Assembly (NCBI RefSeq): GCF_006345805.1
Contig: NC_043016.1
Coordinates: 248,001-312,000 of the forward strand
DNA from: Octopus sinensis
Lineage: Eukaryota
DNA length: 64,000 bases
Reading direction: 5' to 3'
Shown: positions 25,214 to 39,180 of the stretch, one piece after another
Layout: each line of letters starts with the position of its first letter
How positions within the stretch are numbered: position 1 is the first letter of the stretch
Position numbers and translations under genes: made by a program
Notes under the pieces: model-generated
The model's database searches: none
The model's input: the letters and a program-made list of their open reading frames with translations, nothing else
What the model was told of the DNA's origin: nothing

Positions 25214-26063
25214 ATGTATTCTTGAGCAAGACACTTCATCTCACATTGTTCTACAACCACCTCAATATCTAACATGTGGTACACCATGCAGCTGTTCAGA
25301 CAACATTGACTTGATGGAGGGAGTGAACTAATACACGGTACATACGTTCAGTCACTGTAAACAAACCATTTGTGCTAAATGTTCAGCCAGAAATTGTAGA
25401 ACCATTTTCCCCAAACTACAAGAGACTATCCATATTGTGTATCTATATTTGTTTTGTGTGTTGGAACATAGACATAGGTGCAAGTTTGATTTTTTGTTAA
25501 GATGTTTGCTTCCCAACCATATAGTTCTGGGTTCAGTCCCCACTGCTTGGCATCTTGGTCAAGTGTCTTCTATAGCCCTGGGCCAACCAAAGCAATGTAA
25601 GAAAATTTGGTTGGTGAAAACTGAAAGAAACCTGTTATATAATTATAGGCGACAGCTGGCAGAAACATTTGCACGCCGGGCAAAATGCGTAGCCATATTT
25701 CGTCTGCCGTTACATTCTGGGTTCAAATTCCGCCGAGGTTGACTTTGCCTTTCATCCTTTCGGGGTCCATAAATTAAGTACCTGTTACACACTGGGGTTG
25801 ATGTAATCGACTTAATCTATTTGTCTGTCCTTGTTTGTCCCCTCTGTGTTTAACCCCTTGTGGGTAGTAAGGAAATATATATTTATATGTGTGTGGGGGA
25901 GTGTCCTTGTCCATCACCATCGCTTGGTTTGTTTACAAAAGAGACTGATTTAATGATTACCAGACTTTTAAAAAAATTATTACTGGGATTATTCGTTTGA
26001 CTAAATCCCTTCAGAATGGTACTCCCGCATGTCTTCAGTCCAATGACTGACACAATTGAAAAA

Positions 26064-26429
26064 TCTCTCTATATATAAACGGCTAAATGTCTGTGTGTGT
26101 GTGTCCTTTATACAAATCCACAATTTTTCAGTTAAAGGGCTCGCTCTTTGAATGGTCATTTAAAACCATCCAAGGGTGGTTGTGCACATCTTTACATTTC
26201 CCCAGTCACCCCGCAAAGCTGTTAAAAAATCAATAGAAGTTACTTTTTTGTGAATTTTCTATCCAAAACCCAATCAAAATGCCCGAAACTTGATATGCCA
26301 ATTGAATGCCAGCTAGCTGTATGTGATTGGTCGGAGATTTGGACAGTACTCGCGTGTATGTGCGCATGCACACAGCTGTATATGCATGCACTAGCACTAT
26401 GACCCGGCATTGCCAGGTCATAGTGCTAG
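26064..26429 (+). mobile_element. Non-autonomous Helitron
   Basis: 5' TC(tctctatatataaa), 3' hairpin ending CTAG, inserted between A and T in a SINE A tail without TSD. Second copy at 58952-59315. Confidence 0.85.
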
Positions 26430-27596
26430 TAAAAGATACATTTTAATGTATGCACCTTGACTTATACATATGCTTATAAATCTTCATAAGTATATCTGTA
26501 TACTAAAGGTGATACTTCACATATTTTCACAGTTTTATTAAAAGTTTGTAACTGTAATTTGTCGATGCTTGGAAACAGCTTGTATGTGTGAATGCAGTCA
26601 GTTGGAAATTCAGCATACGTGATGCCAGTAGGTTTCAAGGGTCATCAGGAGAGAATGTGCACTATTTTGAGGCCTTCTTCTTGATAGCCCTCATCACTGA
26701 TGTGAGGCCTCCACCCACACAACTGAGTAGGGATCATCACCTCTCCAGCCAGGTTTCATCATCCATTTTCAGTCATACCCAATGATTGGCTCTCAACTTT
26801 TCTGGTTATGTAAAGCCAACCTTGTTGAGCTTGGTACTGACATAATTACATAACCGAGTGCTGTAATTATCACAGCAACTCTAATATAGTCTGGAAATCA
26901 CCTGCAATTTTTTTTTATTTGTTCTGAGTTAGCGTAAACTTTTTCTTTTACATTTAAACATTATGTTAATATCATCATACAATGATTTCCATTACTGTGC
27001 AAAATTTCCCTCCGTTTCTATACCTATATATAATCAAGCTTTTTTGTTTGCATCTATTTATATATATGTCCTCACTAATTGACTCTAATTTTATTCCCTA
27101 AGACATAAGAACCTATTACAAAGTAATCTAATTTAAGAGGCTTAAATTACTGATGCACTAATTCCGGGGCTTACCAAAATAAAGTAGTTTACAGGTAATT
27201 AGTAATGTAGGTTAGGTTTTTACCTGGAATAAAGAGATTAAGAAAAGCTTGCCATATGACCTAGTTTATTAGCACAAATTGTTGGTGCGGTTATTGCATC
27301 TATTTTTTATTTCTCTCTTTTATTTTTCTTCTGACATATTTTTGTTCTTTTCTGTCATGTGTATTATTATTATTATTATTATTATCATTATTATTATTAT
27401 ATTACTTAAGGTGGTGAGCTGGCAGAATTGGTTAGTGTACTGGACAAAATGCTTAGTAGCATTTCATCTATCTTCATATTCTGGGTTCAGATTTCACTGG
27501 GGTTGATGTTTCCTTTTATCCTTTGAATGTGTTTATGAAAAGTTGTGTGTGTATGTGTGTGTGTATGTATATATATATATATATTATATATATTTC

Positions 27597-27627
<31 letters not shown>

Positions 27628-27847
27628 CGTTGTATATTTGTTTTGCAAGATTCTTGATGTGAAATTGTGTGTTGAAACAGATGTTGTTGTGTTTAGGAAT
27701 GGTCATTTTGCCAGTAAGCCAATAAAACTCTGGCTGAAATAAAATTAAGATTAATGTAAAAAATAAATAACACTGAAGCAAATCAACACCAAATATATAG
27801 TGTGTGTGTTTTTATTGGCTAAACTGGCAAAATGACCATTCCGAAAT

Positions 27848-27893
<46 letters not shown>

Positions 27894-27899
27894 TACACA

Positions 27900-28430
27900 T
27901 GGTGTAAGTCAAAATGTTACCAAGTAAGACCAGTTCCCAGACCCATTCCATTCTGAGAAACATCTGACATTTGGTCTCCCCATTACTGATGATGTCTCAT
28001 TATGGTTCCTAAGGCCTGCAAGGGACTTTGAGGTCATTCCACACCTACCACAAATCGCTCCCTGGCAGCAACCAGCCCACTCTACTTACACAAGGTACAT
28101 GAGAGAACACGATGGGTTGCATCTGTGACCATGCTTGTGGCTAAGTAGACCTGCTTTTGAGAAGCAGCCATAGCCACACTGGTCACATGGCCACACTGGT
28201 TTGTGCTCCTCTCAGTGAGAGGGTTCATATCCTTCATATATTTGCCAGGATGTTTTAGCTCAGTGTATGCAACCCTGTTGTTCTCAATTTTTTTAACACT
28301 AGTAGCAATCAAATTCCTCCACAGATACTTGTCTGATGAAGAGCTTTCTAGGTGTTAGTACCAAAGCCGATCTTTTTAAGAGTGTTTTTAAGATTGTCTT
28401 TGAAATGCTTGTATGGCTTGCACTGGGGAC
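27900..28430 (-). mobile_element. RTE-type LINE 3' fragment
   Basis: CPQCKPYKHFKDNLKNTLKKIG..DKYLWRNLIATSVKKIENNRVAYTELK..CGYGCFSKAGLLSH. Confidence 0.65.
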
Positions 28431-29089
28431 ATCTTATTAGTATAACATGGATATAACATGGATACATTCTGTAACAGAATGAAAGCGCTGAAAGTTCAAG
28501 TGAATCTAACAGTTTTTGTGTGTTTCTTAAATAGCTTATAAACACCTTCCATGCTGCAATTGTATATATGTGTGTGTATGTGTGTGTGTGCGTAGTATAT
28601 AACTCAATTCATTTTGTAAGATTCCTGATGTGAAATTGTGTGTTGCATCTGTAACCTCTTCACAGATGCTGTTGCTGAAGAGGTCACAGATGTGTGATGA
28701 AAGATTTCCAGTTATGGACATGAATTAAAATAATAAAATAAGAACAGTAATAAATGAGTGAAGAAAAAATATATAATGTGTGTGTATATTTGGGGGAAAA
28801 AAAAATGACCATCCCGAAATACAACAATATATGTATATATATATATATATTTCACAGGTTTTTTCAGTTTCTGCCTATCAGATCTGGCATAAGGTTTTTG
28901 TCGACCTGAAGCCATAAGACATTTGTTCAAGGTGCTAAGTTGTGGAACTGAACCCAGAATTATGTATTTGGGAAAAAAAATTTCAACCACACACAGCCGT
29001 GCTTTTTATATATATATATATATATATATTTGGTGTGTGTGTGTGTATATATATTATATATTATTATATATATATATATATTCACCATG

Positions 29090-29270
29090 ATAGATAAGTA
29101 GCCCACACATTTTTTTCTCTCCTTGTTTCTTTCTGTGTTCCTTTCTGTGAAGAGCATAGGCTCAAAACATTAAAGACTCTTTAATTCCCGAGCATTATAC
29201 TAATACATCTGTTTGTTTTCTCTACTACACCACCTGTCTTCGTCTTTTGTTTTTTTCGTGAATTCTCCCT
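29090..29270 (+). mobile_element. Family D short element with decayed hammerhead-like motif
   Basis: Reverse complement of 38180-38365. Motif ctttctgtgaagagcataggctcaaaacattaaag at 29141-29175. Confidence 0.65.
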
Positions 29271-29749
29271 ATATATATCAAGATTGGAGCCTGGTGCAGC
29301 CATCTGGTTCACCAGCCCTCTGTCAAAATCGTCCAACCCATGCTAGCACGGAAAGCGGACGTTAAACGATGATGATGATGATGATATATATATATATGTG
29401 ATTACATCATGTTACCGAATTGCAATTTATGAAAAAAATGAGGTTAAACTGTTTTTTTTTGAACGGCTATTAACTTAAGTGTACTTCCATCATAAAAAAT
29501 ATGGGTCCCAACCTTTGTTCAAGGTTAATAAAAATGTTCAAAGTTGATGTTGTTGTTATTGTTATTATTTTGGAAATATATGTTAACCTAATTTTGTTGC
29601 CAAAATATTTGGCCTATTAATAAGTGTGCATGTGTGTATGTTTGTTTGAGTGTATTTGCTTCTGAGTCTCTGCTTGTGTGTGTGTGTATGTCCGTGCATC
29701 CTTTTTGGTTATCTATATCAGTGTATTGGCTCTTGTTTGCATGTATGCA

Positions 29750-29793
29750 TATGCACATGTATGTGTATTTATGTATGTGTGTATGTACATATG

Positions 29794-29824
<31 letters not shown>

Positions 29825-29863
29825 CTATACATATATATACATATATACAATATATATATATAC

Positions 29864-29899
<36 letters not shown>

Positions 29900-30051
29900 C
29901 ACACTATATTATATATAATATAATATATCATACATACATATATATATTATATATACTTCATACATACATATAGATATATATATATACATACATACATATA
30001 TATATATAATCATACATATATATACATATATAATATACAATATACATACCA

Positions 30052-30082
<31 letters not shown>

Positions 30083-30257
30083 CATATATATACATATATA
30101 TATACATACAATATATATATTCATACATATAATATATACACACATATATATATATATACATACATATATATATATATATACATACATATATTTATATATA
30201 CTATATATACATACATATATATATTATATATATATATATATACACACATATATATAT

Positions 30258-30296
<39 letters not shown>

Positions 30297-30595
30297 CATA
30301 TATATATATATTATATATTCTATATACCCACATATATATATATATATACACACATATATATAATATATATACACACACATCTATATATATACCACATATA
30401 TATATATACCACACACACACCCATATATATATATATACACACACAACACACACACATATATATAATACACAATATATATACACACACACACACATATATA
30501 TATACACATATATATATAAATCCACACACACACACACATATATATATACATACATATATATATACACATACATGTCTATATATATATATACACAC

Positions 30596-30627
<32 letters not shown>

Positions 30628-30690
30628 CACACACACATATATATATATTATACATACATATCTCTATATATTATAAATACACACACACAC

Positions 30691-30722
<32 letters not shown>
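29750..30722. repeat. ~1-kb (TA)/(CA) compound microsatellite
   Basis: Directly visible; it generates the spurious YI/CV ORFs. Confidence 0.95.
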
Positions 30723-30723
<1 letters not shown>

Positions 30724-32394
30724 CCAATGTCCTAGTTCATCTGGATCCTTATAATCAACTCCTATTACAATTTGTTATCTGAACCTCTGCATCAGTTCTT
30801 CTCTTTCCTCCATTTCTCTTGCTGCCATCGCACCCCTTCCTGACCACATCAGAAAGATTTCAGAGTTTTCTTTACATAGCACAGAATGTACTTAAGTTCC
30901 ATCTAAGCAATTGTTTTCTCTCTACAAAGCTCAAATTCCTTTCATGATGGAATTTTTGACTATATTCATAAAACTTGGCGTTAAGCCTTCTTCCAAGGAA
31001 TGGATTCTTTTTTTTTCTTTCAGCCTTCACTATTTAGTAACATCTCTCCTTTCTGCCCTCATAATTGGTACTAAAAGAGTCATTGCTCTTTCAAAAGTGC
31101 CAGCTTCATTCCAATCTCATACTTAATTTCTTGCACTATTCGCTTTACCATTTATTTTTTCTTAAATTCTACCCATTTCACTCCATCTCTTTTTCTCTCT
31201 ACCCTAACCTCCAAAACAACTTTCTGTTCCTTAGCCAATGGGAGAACCACAATTTGCTTAGAAATAACCACCAAGTCACCCCAAAAAAATCATGCCCTTC
31301 CATCTTAAAAAAAAGAGCAAAGAACACATTATGTAATATCACCAAAGGCAATCCAAACCAGACAGGAAGGTCATATTTGGCACTACTTATATCATCAATC
31401 TGTTCACCAGCAATTATACTGTAGAAGAGTTGTAGGTGCAAGCATGGCTGTGTGATTAGAAGTTTACTTCCAAAACATGTCATTCAGGTTCAGTTCCACT
31501 TAAGGCAAGTGTCTTCTACTAAAGTCCTGGGGCCAACCAAAGCATTTTGACAGGATTGGTAGAGAGAAATACATTTGTGCATGCCTGTGTGTGTGTATTT
31601 GTGTCTTTGCTTGACCCCACCCCATTACTTCCTGACAACTAGTATTGGTTCGCTTACATCCTTGTAACTTAGAAGCTTGAAGAAAACCTTCAAAACAATG
31701 CTCCAGCATGACCACTGTCCAGTGACTGAAATAAGCAAAAGATAAAAGAATACTTAGATCATTTTAATTTTCATATCTGCTAGATGTTGGAGCAAAGGTC
31801 ACCTGCAATTATACAGTAAAAGCAGCAACAAATAGCACCTTAGATAATGTAGTTCTAGATACACTATGCCTGAATATAAGATGGGATGTTCACTGCTGGA
31901 ATATCTTTTATCATAGGTGTGCTGGATTAGGGCTCTGGCCTATTGGATCTTGTTGGACCCTCCAATCTAGAGCAGCATAGAAAATAGACATTAAAAGATG
32001 ATGATGATAGCATGGGTTGGACGGTTTGACTGAGGGCTGGCGAACCAGATAGCTGCACCAGGCTCCAATCTTGATCTGGCAGAGTTTCTGCAGCTGGATG
32101 CCCTTCCTATCGCCAACCACTCCGAGAGTGTAGTGGGTGCTTTTATGTGCCACCGGCACGGGGATCAGTCAGGCAGTACTGGCAATGACCTTGCTCAAAA
32201 TTTTTTTTACACATGCCAATGGCACAGGTGCCAGTAAGGCGATGCTGGTAATGATCCCACTCGAATGGTGCCTCCTACATGCCACTGGCACGGAAGCCAG
32301 TTTGCCGCTCTGGCAACGATCACGCTTGGACGGTGCTCTTAGCACCCTACTAGCACGGGGCACAAGTGCCAGTAAGGCGAAACATCTTAACTGT

Positions 32395-32960
32395 TATTCA
32401 ATACTCTTCTGAGATTTGGACTACATACTGTCATCACATCAAGGCTTTGGGAAGATTCAATCAAACTTTCCTTAGCAGGACCTTAAATGTCAAATGGCCA
32501 TCTGTAACACCAGACAGCTGTAACACCAGGCAGCAAGATAACACATACAGTACTGAAATGCTTCTCCTACCCTATCAGATCCATTGGGTGTCCTTACAAG
32601 GATGCATGATGACAGGTTACCTAAGCAGTTGTTTTACAGGGAGTTGCAACATGGTAAATATCTGAGGCATAAACTTAAGAAATGTTTTAGGGATTCCGTC
32701 AAAAGCAACTATAAGGTTCTTAGTGTGACTGTTGAAAATTGGGAACAGATGATGGAAAATCGATCAGTTTGGAGAGAATGGTTGTAAAGTATTTCAGTCA
32801 CGGAGAATCAAGCAGACCATCTTGAAAATATCAGTTCTTGAACAGACCTTAACTTCAATCCCAAACACACTTCTGCCTGAGAATGCTTCTAACATCTGCT
32901 GTACAGTCTGTTTGTCCCAAACCTAGACTTGCTAGGTATGTGAGATTTCATGATGACATT
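32395..32960 (+). mobile_element. RTE (BovB-like) LINE fragment
   Basis: YSSEIWTTY..HIKALGRFNQ..RMHDDRLPKQLFYRELQHGK..KKCFRDSVKSN..WEQMMENRSVWR. Its start is duplicated at ~33110-33185. Confidence 0.8.
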
Positions 32961-33253
32961 TACTGATTGAAAAGAGGGTTTTCTTCTCTAATTAAGTGGT
33001 AATCACTACTTAAATGTATTTGGAAGACTCAAAAGTCATATGTAATCCGACAGAGATATCTCTATTAAAACCATGCTCAACATCTATGAATCTTTGGGAT
33101 TTTAACTGCTCTTTTATATTCTTCTGAGATTTGGACTACATATCCTTGGCTCATCAAAGCTTTGGAAGGATTCAATCAAACTTGTTTATATATATATGTA
33201 TGTGTATATGTGTACAGACACTCTCTCTCTTTCTCTCTCTCGCTCTCACGCAC

Positions 33254-33294
<41 letters not shown>

Positions 33295-33906
33295 CTAGTT
33301 TTGACTGGAGAACAATGAATAAACCCTTATTGTTCTATCAGCACAAACTTGGAATTATAATTTATGGTACAGTATTGTTTTTCCAGGTCAGAGTAACTGT
33401 TGACATTTCTAATTAGCTTAGTTTGAGCTGTCAACTTTGCTCCACAACAGGCTTACACTCAAGTTACAATTCACATCTAAGCATGACTTGATGGCATAAC
33501 AATAGATCATAGCTGTACCATTGAAACTAACCTAAAATAGGAGGTAAGCAAGGCCTGTCGTCACAAAGGAATACTTGTCTGATCTGAGATTGTAGGATAT
33601 GCTGTAATGATTCTTTAAATTATCACCATCATCATCGTCATCACCATCATCATCATCATCATCATCGTCATCATCATCATCGGCATTGTAATTATTATTA
33701 TTAAGGCAACAGGCAGAATTGTTTGCATGCTGGACAAAATACTACATGGCGTTTCTTCTGGCCTTAAAAGTTAGTTTTAAGTTCAAATTCTGAGAATTTT
33801 GACTTTGCCTTGCTTCCTGTTGAATTCAGTGAAATAAGTACCATTTGCATACTGCCCCTCTGCTCTCAAATTTCAGGCTTTCTGCTCATAGCAGAAACTG
33901 TTGTTG

Positions 33907-33958
<52 letters not shown>

Positions 33959-34407
33959 GGCAGCGAACTGGCAGAATCATTAGCAAGCCAGGCAAAATGT
34001 TTAGCCACATTTGCCTGTCTTAATGATCTGAGATCAAATTTCACCAGGGTTGACTTTGTCTTTCATTCTTTTGGGTTTAATAGAATAAGTACCAGTTAAG
34101 TATTGGGGTCAGTGTAATTGACTAGTTCCCTCTCTGCAAAATTTCAGGCCTTGTGCCTATATTAGAAAGGATTATTATTATTTTTTTTTTTCATCAAAGA
34201 GTACTGGGAGTGATGTACTGAACTACCCCCCCCCTCCACCAACAAACATTTCGGGCCTTGTGCCAAAATTTGAAACTAAAAGCAGTGAGCTGATGGTATC
34301 ATTTGCATGCTGGACAAAATGCTTAGTGGTTCAGCAAAAGAGACTGAAAAAATTAAAACTGCATTTGGTCCATTTGACTGAAACTTTTTGTTGTTGTTTG
34401 TTCCTTC

Positions 34408-34675
34408 TTGAGCTATACCTGGCTCATAAGTGCTGGTTTCCCGGTTTCCTTGGCGTATAGGTTCCCAACCTGGACAGGATGCCAGTTTATCGCAGGTGAG
34501 CTGCAAGATGCAGAAGGAAAGAGTGAAAGAAAGTTGAGGCGAAAGAGTCAGCAGAAGTTCGCCATTACCTTCTGCCGGAGCCACGTGCAGCTTAGGTGTT
34601 TTCGCTCATAAACATCACCCGATCTGAGATTCGGATCCGCGATCCCTCAACTGCGAGTTCGCTGCTCTAACCACT
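34408..34675 (-). mobile_element. SINE family F (tRNA-type head)
   Basis: Minus strand cagtggttagagcagcgaactcgcagttgaggga..gagcgaaaacacctaagc; head shared with 55362-55670. Confidence 0.7.
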
Positions 34676-34729
34676 GCTGCAGAAATATGGCAACAGTGTT
34701 CATGATAAATTTGATAAAATTTTGCATAA

Positions 34730-35180
34730 AAGGGGAAGAAAACAATATCCCATTCCAAAAATAAAAGTATTTTAGAAAAATCAATAAAATACCAACTAGA
34801 TTATGGCTGAGAGATAATAGTTTACTCAAAATAGCTGCCCCCCGCTTCAGCCATGGCTTCAAGACAGCTCTGGAACCTGATGCTTGTGTTCCTCCCTGTG
34901 TTTCTGATCTCGATCTTGTCCACCAGCTTTGCTTGTGCCCCCCCCCCCCACACAGTGTAGTCCATAGGGTTACAGTTGGAGAAATTAGGAATGGTGAAGT
35001 CATGGGAATTCTGTGACAACCACTTTTGACTCTTTTCCAGAACTATGGCAAGGAGCCAAATCCTGCTGCCACACATACGGCTTTCCAGCATTAACCCTTT
35101 CTCCTGCCAGTAATTGACCTCAGTCTCCAGCAGCTTCACATAATTATCTGAATTGAGCTTAAAAGGTTCTGTGCAAAGAT
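34730..35180 (-). mobile_element. Tc1/mariner-superfamily transposase remnant (maT/DD37D-like)
   Basis: LNSDNYVKLLETEV..WQQDLAPCHSSGK..SQKWLSQNSHDF..NCNPMDYTVWG..RFQSCLEAMAEAGGSYFE*. Confidence 0.8.
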
Positions 35181-35257
35181 GTGAGGCAGCATGATGTCAC
35201 CCTCACTGGGGACACACCCAAAGGCCATCACTACCCCAACTATATATATCTATATGA

Positions 35258-35289
<32 letters not shown>

Positions 35290-35450
35290 TATCTAAAATA
35301 ATTTCGACCATATCTCACATGGAATTAAGCGGCGGGCATTTTGAACTGGCCATGAGGCATACATGCATATTTGTGGGTATACGTTTGTATATGTAAGTAT
35401 TCATATGTTGTATTTATATATATATGTATTTATGTTTATCTTCTGTGTGT

Positions 35451-35509
35451 ATTCTACTGACGAGGCAAACCATTCATAAATGGAAAGCCAGAAATCCGGG
35501 ATCTAGAAT
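35451..35509 (+). ncRNA. Minimal type-I hammerhead-like motif in a (TA)n-embedded element (~35295-35650)
   Basis: ATTCTA-CTGACGA-GGC AAA CCATT CATA AATGG AAA GCC-A-GAAA-TCCGGGA-T-C-TAGAAT. Stem I is 6 bp, the cleavage triplet is AUC, and there is one extra A before GAAA. Confidence 0.65.
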
Positions 35510-37364
35510 TATCCAGTAATTTTTTACTAGTTTCATCTTGTCTCTTTGTTTTCTCTCCGTTGATATATAACAATTAAGCTGGTTTTAGAGTCAGATCATG
35601 GCTGCTATTTTCAGCATGTTGGTATCTTGTAGATACCCTAATTTATAATTTTATATATATATGAAAGGTTTCTTTCAGTTTCCCTTAATGAAATCTCACA
35701 AGGTAGCTATAGCAGAAGACACTTGGTCAAGGTGCTACGCATTGGGATTGAATGCAGAACCATGAAACTGGGAAACAAACTTCTTACCATATAGCCATGC
35801 CTGTGACATTTGTATGTCTGTGTGTGTATGTGTGTGTGTGTTTGAGTATTTATAATTATATGTGTATGTTTGTGTCCCCTTTGTTTTGATGTCACAAGTT
35901 AGTTGTAAAATGATTGTCACTGTAATAGAAGCAGTGTCATTCACTGCATTGTATTCTACAAAAATATGTCTGGCCATGGGCCAAATATTACCTTGTTTAG
36001 AAACATGTGAAGATTGACAAGAAGTGCATCTTGCCTTAGAAAATCGGCCCCAATAAGCTCAATCATGCAAGCTTTGTAAAGTGGACATTAAATGATGATT
36101 ATGATGATGATGATATCTTCATCATCATCATTTAACGTCCGTTTTCCATGCTAGCTTGGGTTGGATGGTTCGACTGGGGTTTGGGAAACCAGGAGGCTAC
36201 ACCAGGTTCCAGTCTGATCTGGTAGTGCTTCTACAGCTGGATGCCCTTCCTGCTTTTTACGTGCCACCGGTACAGGTGCCAGATATATATATATATATAT
36301 ATATATTGATAAAAATGGTAAGACAACGAAAGAAAGAAAGAGACCTCGATATTATGTAAATAGAGGAATTTATCTGTAAATGTAAATAGACAATTGGCTA
36401 CCAAATAATTGTCACATATTACATTTACAGATATATATTGTTTGGAAATAGGTTAGGGTTGGCCACAAGAAGGACTTACAGTCATAGAAAATCTGCCTTA
36501 ATAAATAGAGTTTGAACTAGGCATGCATAGGAAAATAGATGTTAAAATGATGCTGATATATGTATAATATATTGCTTGGAAATAGGTAAGGGTTGGTTGC
36601 AGGAACGGCTTCCAGTCATAGAAAATCTACCTTAATAAACACAATTTGAATCTGGTATGTAGTAGTGGTGGTGCTTGGAGATAGGTGAGGGTTGGCAACA
36701 GGAAGGGAAGGGAATCTGGCCATAGAAAATCTGTTTCAAAATAAACCCTGTTGTCACCCATGTAAGCATGGGAGAGTGGAGGTTGAAGGATGATGATGAT
36801 GATGATGATGATGACGACGGTAATGATGAAAGTGTAAAATATCTGTTCTACTATGATATATACACCAAGTGTTGATGTAACAAGAACCAATTCGACAAAC
36901 CTAACACACAGTCTGTCACACTACACCCGATATGATGAATATTTGCATGTCTGAATGCTCCGCATTGTCAACTATCTTGGTGAAGACATGATATGTATGT
37001 AACAGTAGATCTGTGGATTGCATGTACTTATATAAATGGCAGCTTACATTTTCTATAGGCTGATTCAATTAATCACCCTGAGGTTAAATAACAGTTATAA
37101 CCGAGAATCAGATCTTTATAACAACTTCACAATATAGCCTCTAGAGTTCTTGTAGAAAGTATATGTTACCGAATCCCTGTATTGGCCGTATTATTGAATA
37201 TCGGTTACAATACGTGTCACAATACGTTGTAGCTTTTGAATGATGTCACCCCCCCACTAGCTAATATGGGGGTGATCCACATTCCTCTTGAACAGAAAGC
37301 GAGTCCTTTTTCAGGGTTACACACTTACAGCTGAATGAATTGGGTGAAACAAGGTGAAATGAAG

Positions 37365-37773
37365 GGATTTTCGGTTTGAACGGCAGTTTTTTAAAAATAA
37401 TTTCCACGTAACTAAACACTTTTAAACTTCGTATACTGGTAGAATGTGTTTATAAAACATCTTTTTCTCTTGGCTTTATTGAGAAAATTCTATAGTTTGT
37501 AAGATATTTGTTGTAGTTTTTTCTTCAATTTTTGCAATTTCAACCAATCAATGATGTCTATTGAGGTGAAAACATTCTGTGCTGTATGAATATGTCCCTT
37601 GTTTAAGAAACAGATTGGGTTTATTTACATTTGTGAAGAAAAAAAGATACCTTTCCCCCACCCTAACCCTAAAACAGATTGAAATGCAATAGACCGATAC
37701 TAGGGTCATAATTATGGGTGACAATTTCATATGACACCGCTAGAAAAAACTGCCGTTCAAACCGAAAAGATCC
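37365..37773. mobile_element. MITE with ~28-bp TIRs
   Basis: ggattttcggtttgaacggcagtttttt ... aaaaaactgccgttcaaaccgaaaagatcc. Confidence 0.85.
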
Positions 37774-38179
37774 AGATTTTCCCTAGAGCACATCTTACTA
37801 CTGCCTGGTCTGGGAATCAAATCCACAATCTCATGATTGTGAATAAAACATTAATTTATGAAAATAATAGAAGACAGACAAATTGGAATTCATATGTACA
37901 AAGATGTTAAAGAGTGTGAAGATGTTTCTTGAGAATAACTTTTCATGGACAATATTTAATTTTTTTAAAGTTTTAATTTTATTTGGTACTGGTTTCAGTC
38001 ACTGGACTTTGGCGGTATTGAGGCATTGCTTTGAGGGTTTAGCCAAACAAATTGAACACCTGTGCTTTAATTTTAAAACTTGATACTTGTTCTGTTGATC
38101 TGTTTTACCAAACCACTAAGTTATGGTTGTCAGGCAGTGGTGGGGACAAACACAATAATACATACATATATATAAAATG

Positions 38180-38388
38180 TAAGGAGAGTTTACGAAAAAA
38201 ACAAAAGATGAAGACAGGTGGTGTACAAAACAAAACACAGATGTATTAGGATAACGCTCAGAAATAGAAAACGTATTTTACGTTTCGAGCCTACGCTCTT
38301 CTACAGAAAGGGACACTGGAAAAAACAAGGAGAGAAGAAAATGTGTGTAGTGGCTAACGATCTATATCTATCTATCTATCTATCTATC

Positions 38389-38419
<31 letters not shown>

Positions 38420-38610
38420 AGAATTTATGAAAAAAACAAAAGATGAAGACAGGTGGTGTACAAAACGAACAGATGTATTAGCATAACACTCAGGAATAGA
38501 TAAAGTCTTTTACGTTTCGAGCCTACGCTCTTCTACAGAAAGGGACACAGAAAAAGCATGGAGAGAAACAAGGAGAGAAAAAAATGTGTGTAGTGGCTAA
38601 CGATCTTTCA
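38180..38610 (-). mobile_element. Head-to-tail pair of family D elements, each with a hammerhead-like motif, nested in a SINE A microsatellite
   Basis: Two ~190-bp units separated by (TCTA)n(TA)n. Minus-strand CTTT-CTGTAGA-A-GAGC GTAG GCTC-GAAA-CG-TA-AAA(G) at 38276-38310 and 38507-38542. Confidence 0.75.
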
Positions 38611-39078
38611 TGGCAATGATCTATCATGTATGTATGTATATAGCAGGTTTCTTTCAGTTTCTGTCTACTAAATCCACTCAGGCTTTGGTTAGCCTAGGAC
38701 TGTAAGAGAAAATACTTTTCTTAGGTACCATACAGTAGAACTGAACCCAAGAACTACTTGGTTGGAAGGCAAGCTTCTTACTGAGCCACATCTGCACCTG
38801 TTATACTTTTTTTTTTCCAACATTGAACACTGATGAGAAGATAATGACCCTTTGGGGCTGCAATTTGAAGATTTTCAAAGAACAATTGACTTGTAGGATG
38901 TATAACGTACTTGGTGAATATGCACTGGCTTTCAGCCCATTTGGAAATCATCCAAATTCTAATTATAGAAATGGTTGTTAGAAATTACACTGGCCCTCTC
39001 GTGTGCGTTTAGATTCTGCAGGCTGGAGCGGAAGGGTTATAGAATAAAAAGAAAGAGGCAGAAAACAAGGGAAGTGAA

Positions 39079-39082
<4 letters not shown>

Positions 39083-39130
<48 letters not shown>

Positions 39131-39133
39131 ATA

Positions 39134-39180
<47 letters not shown>

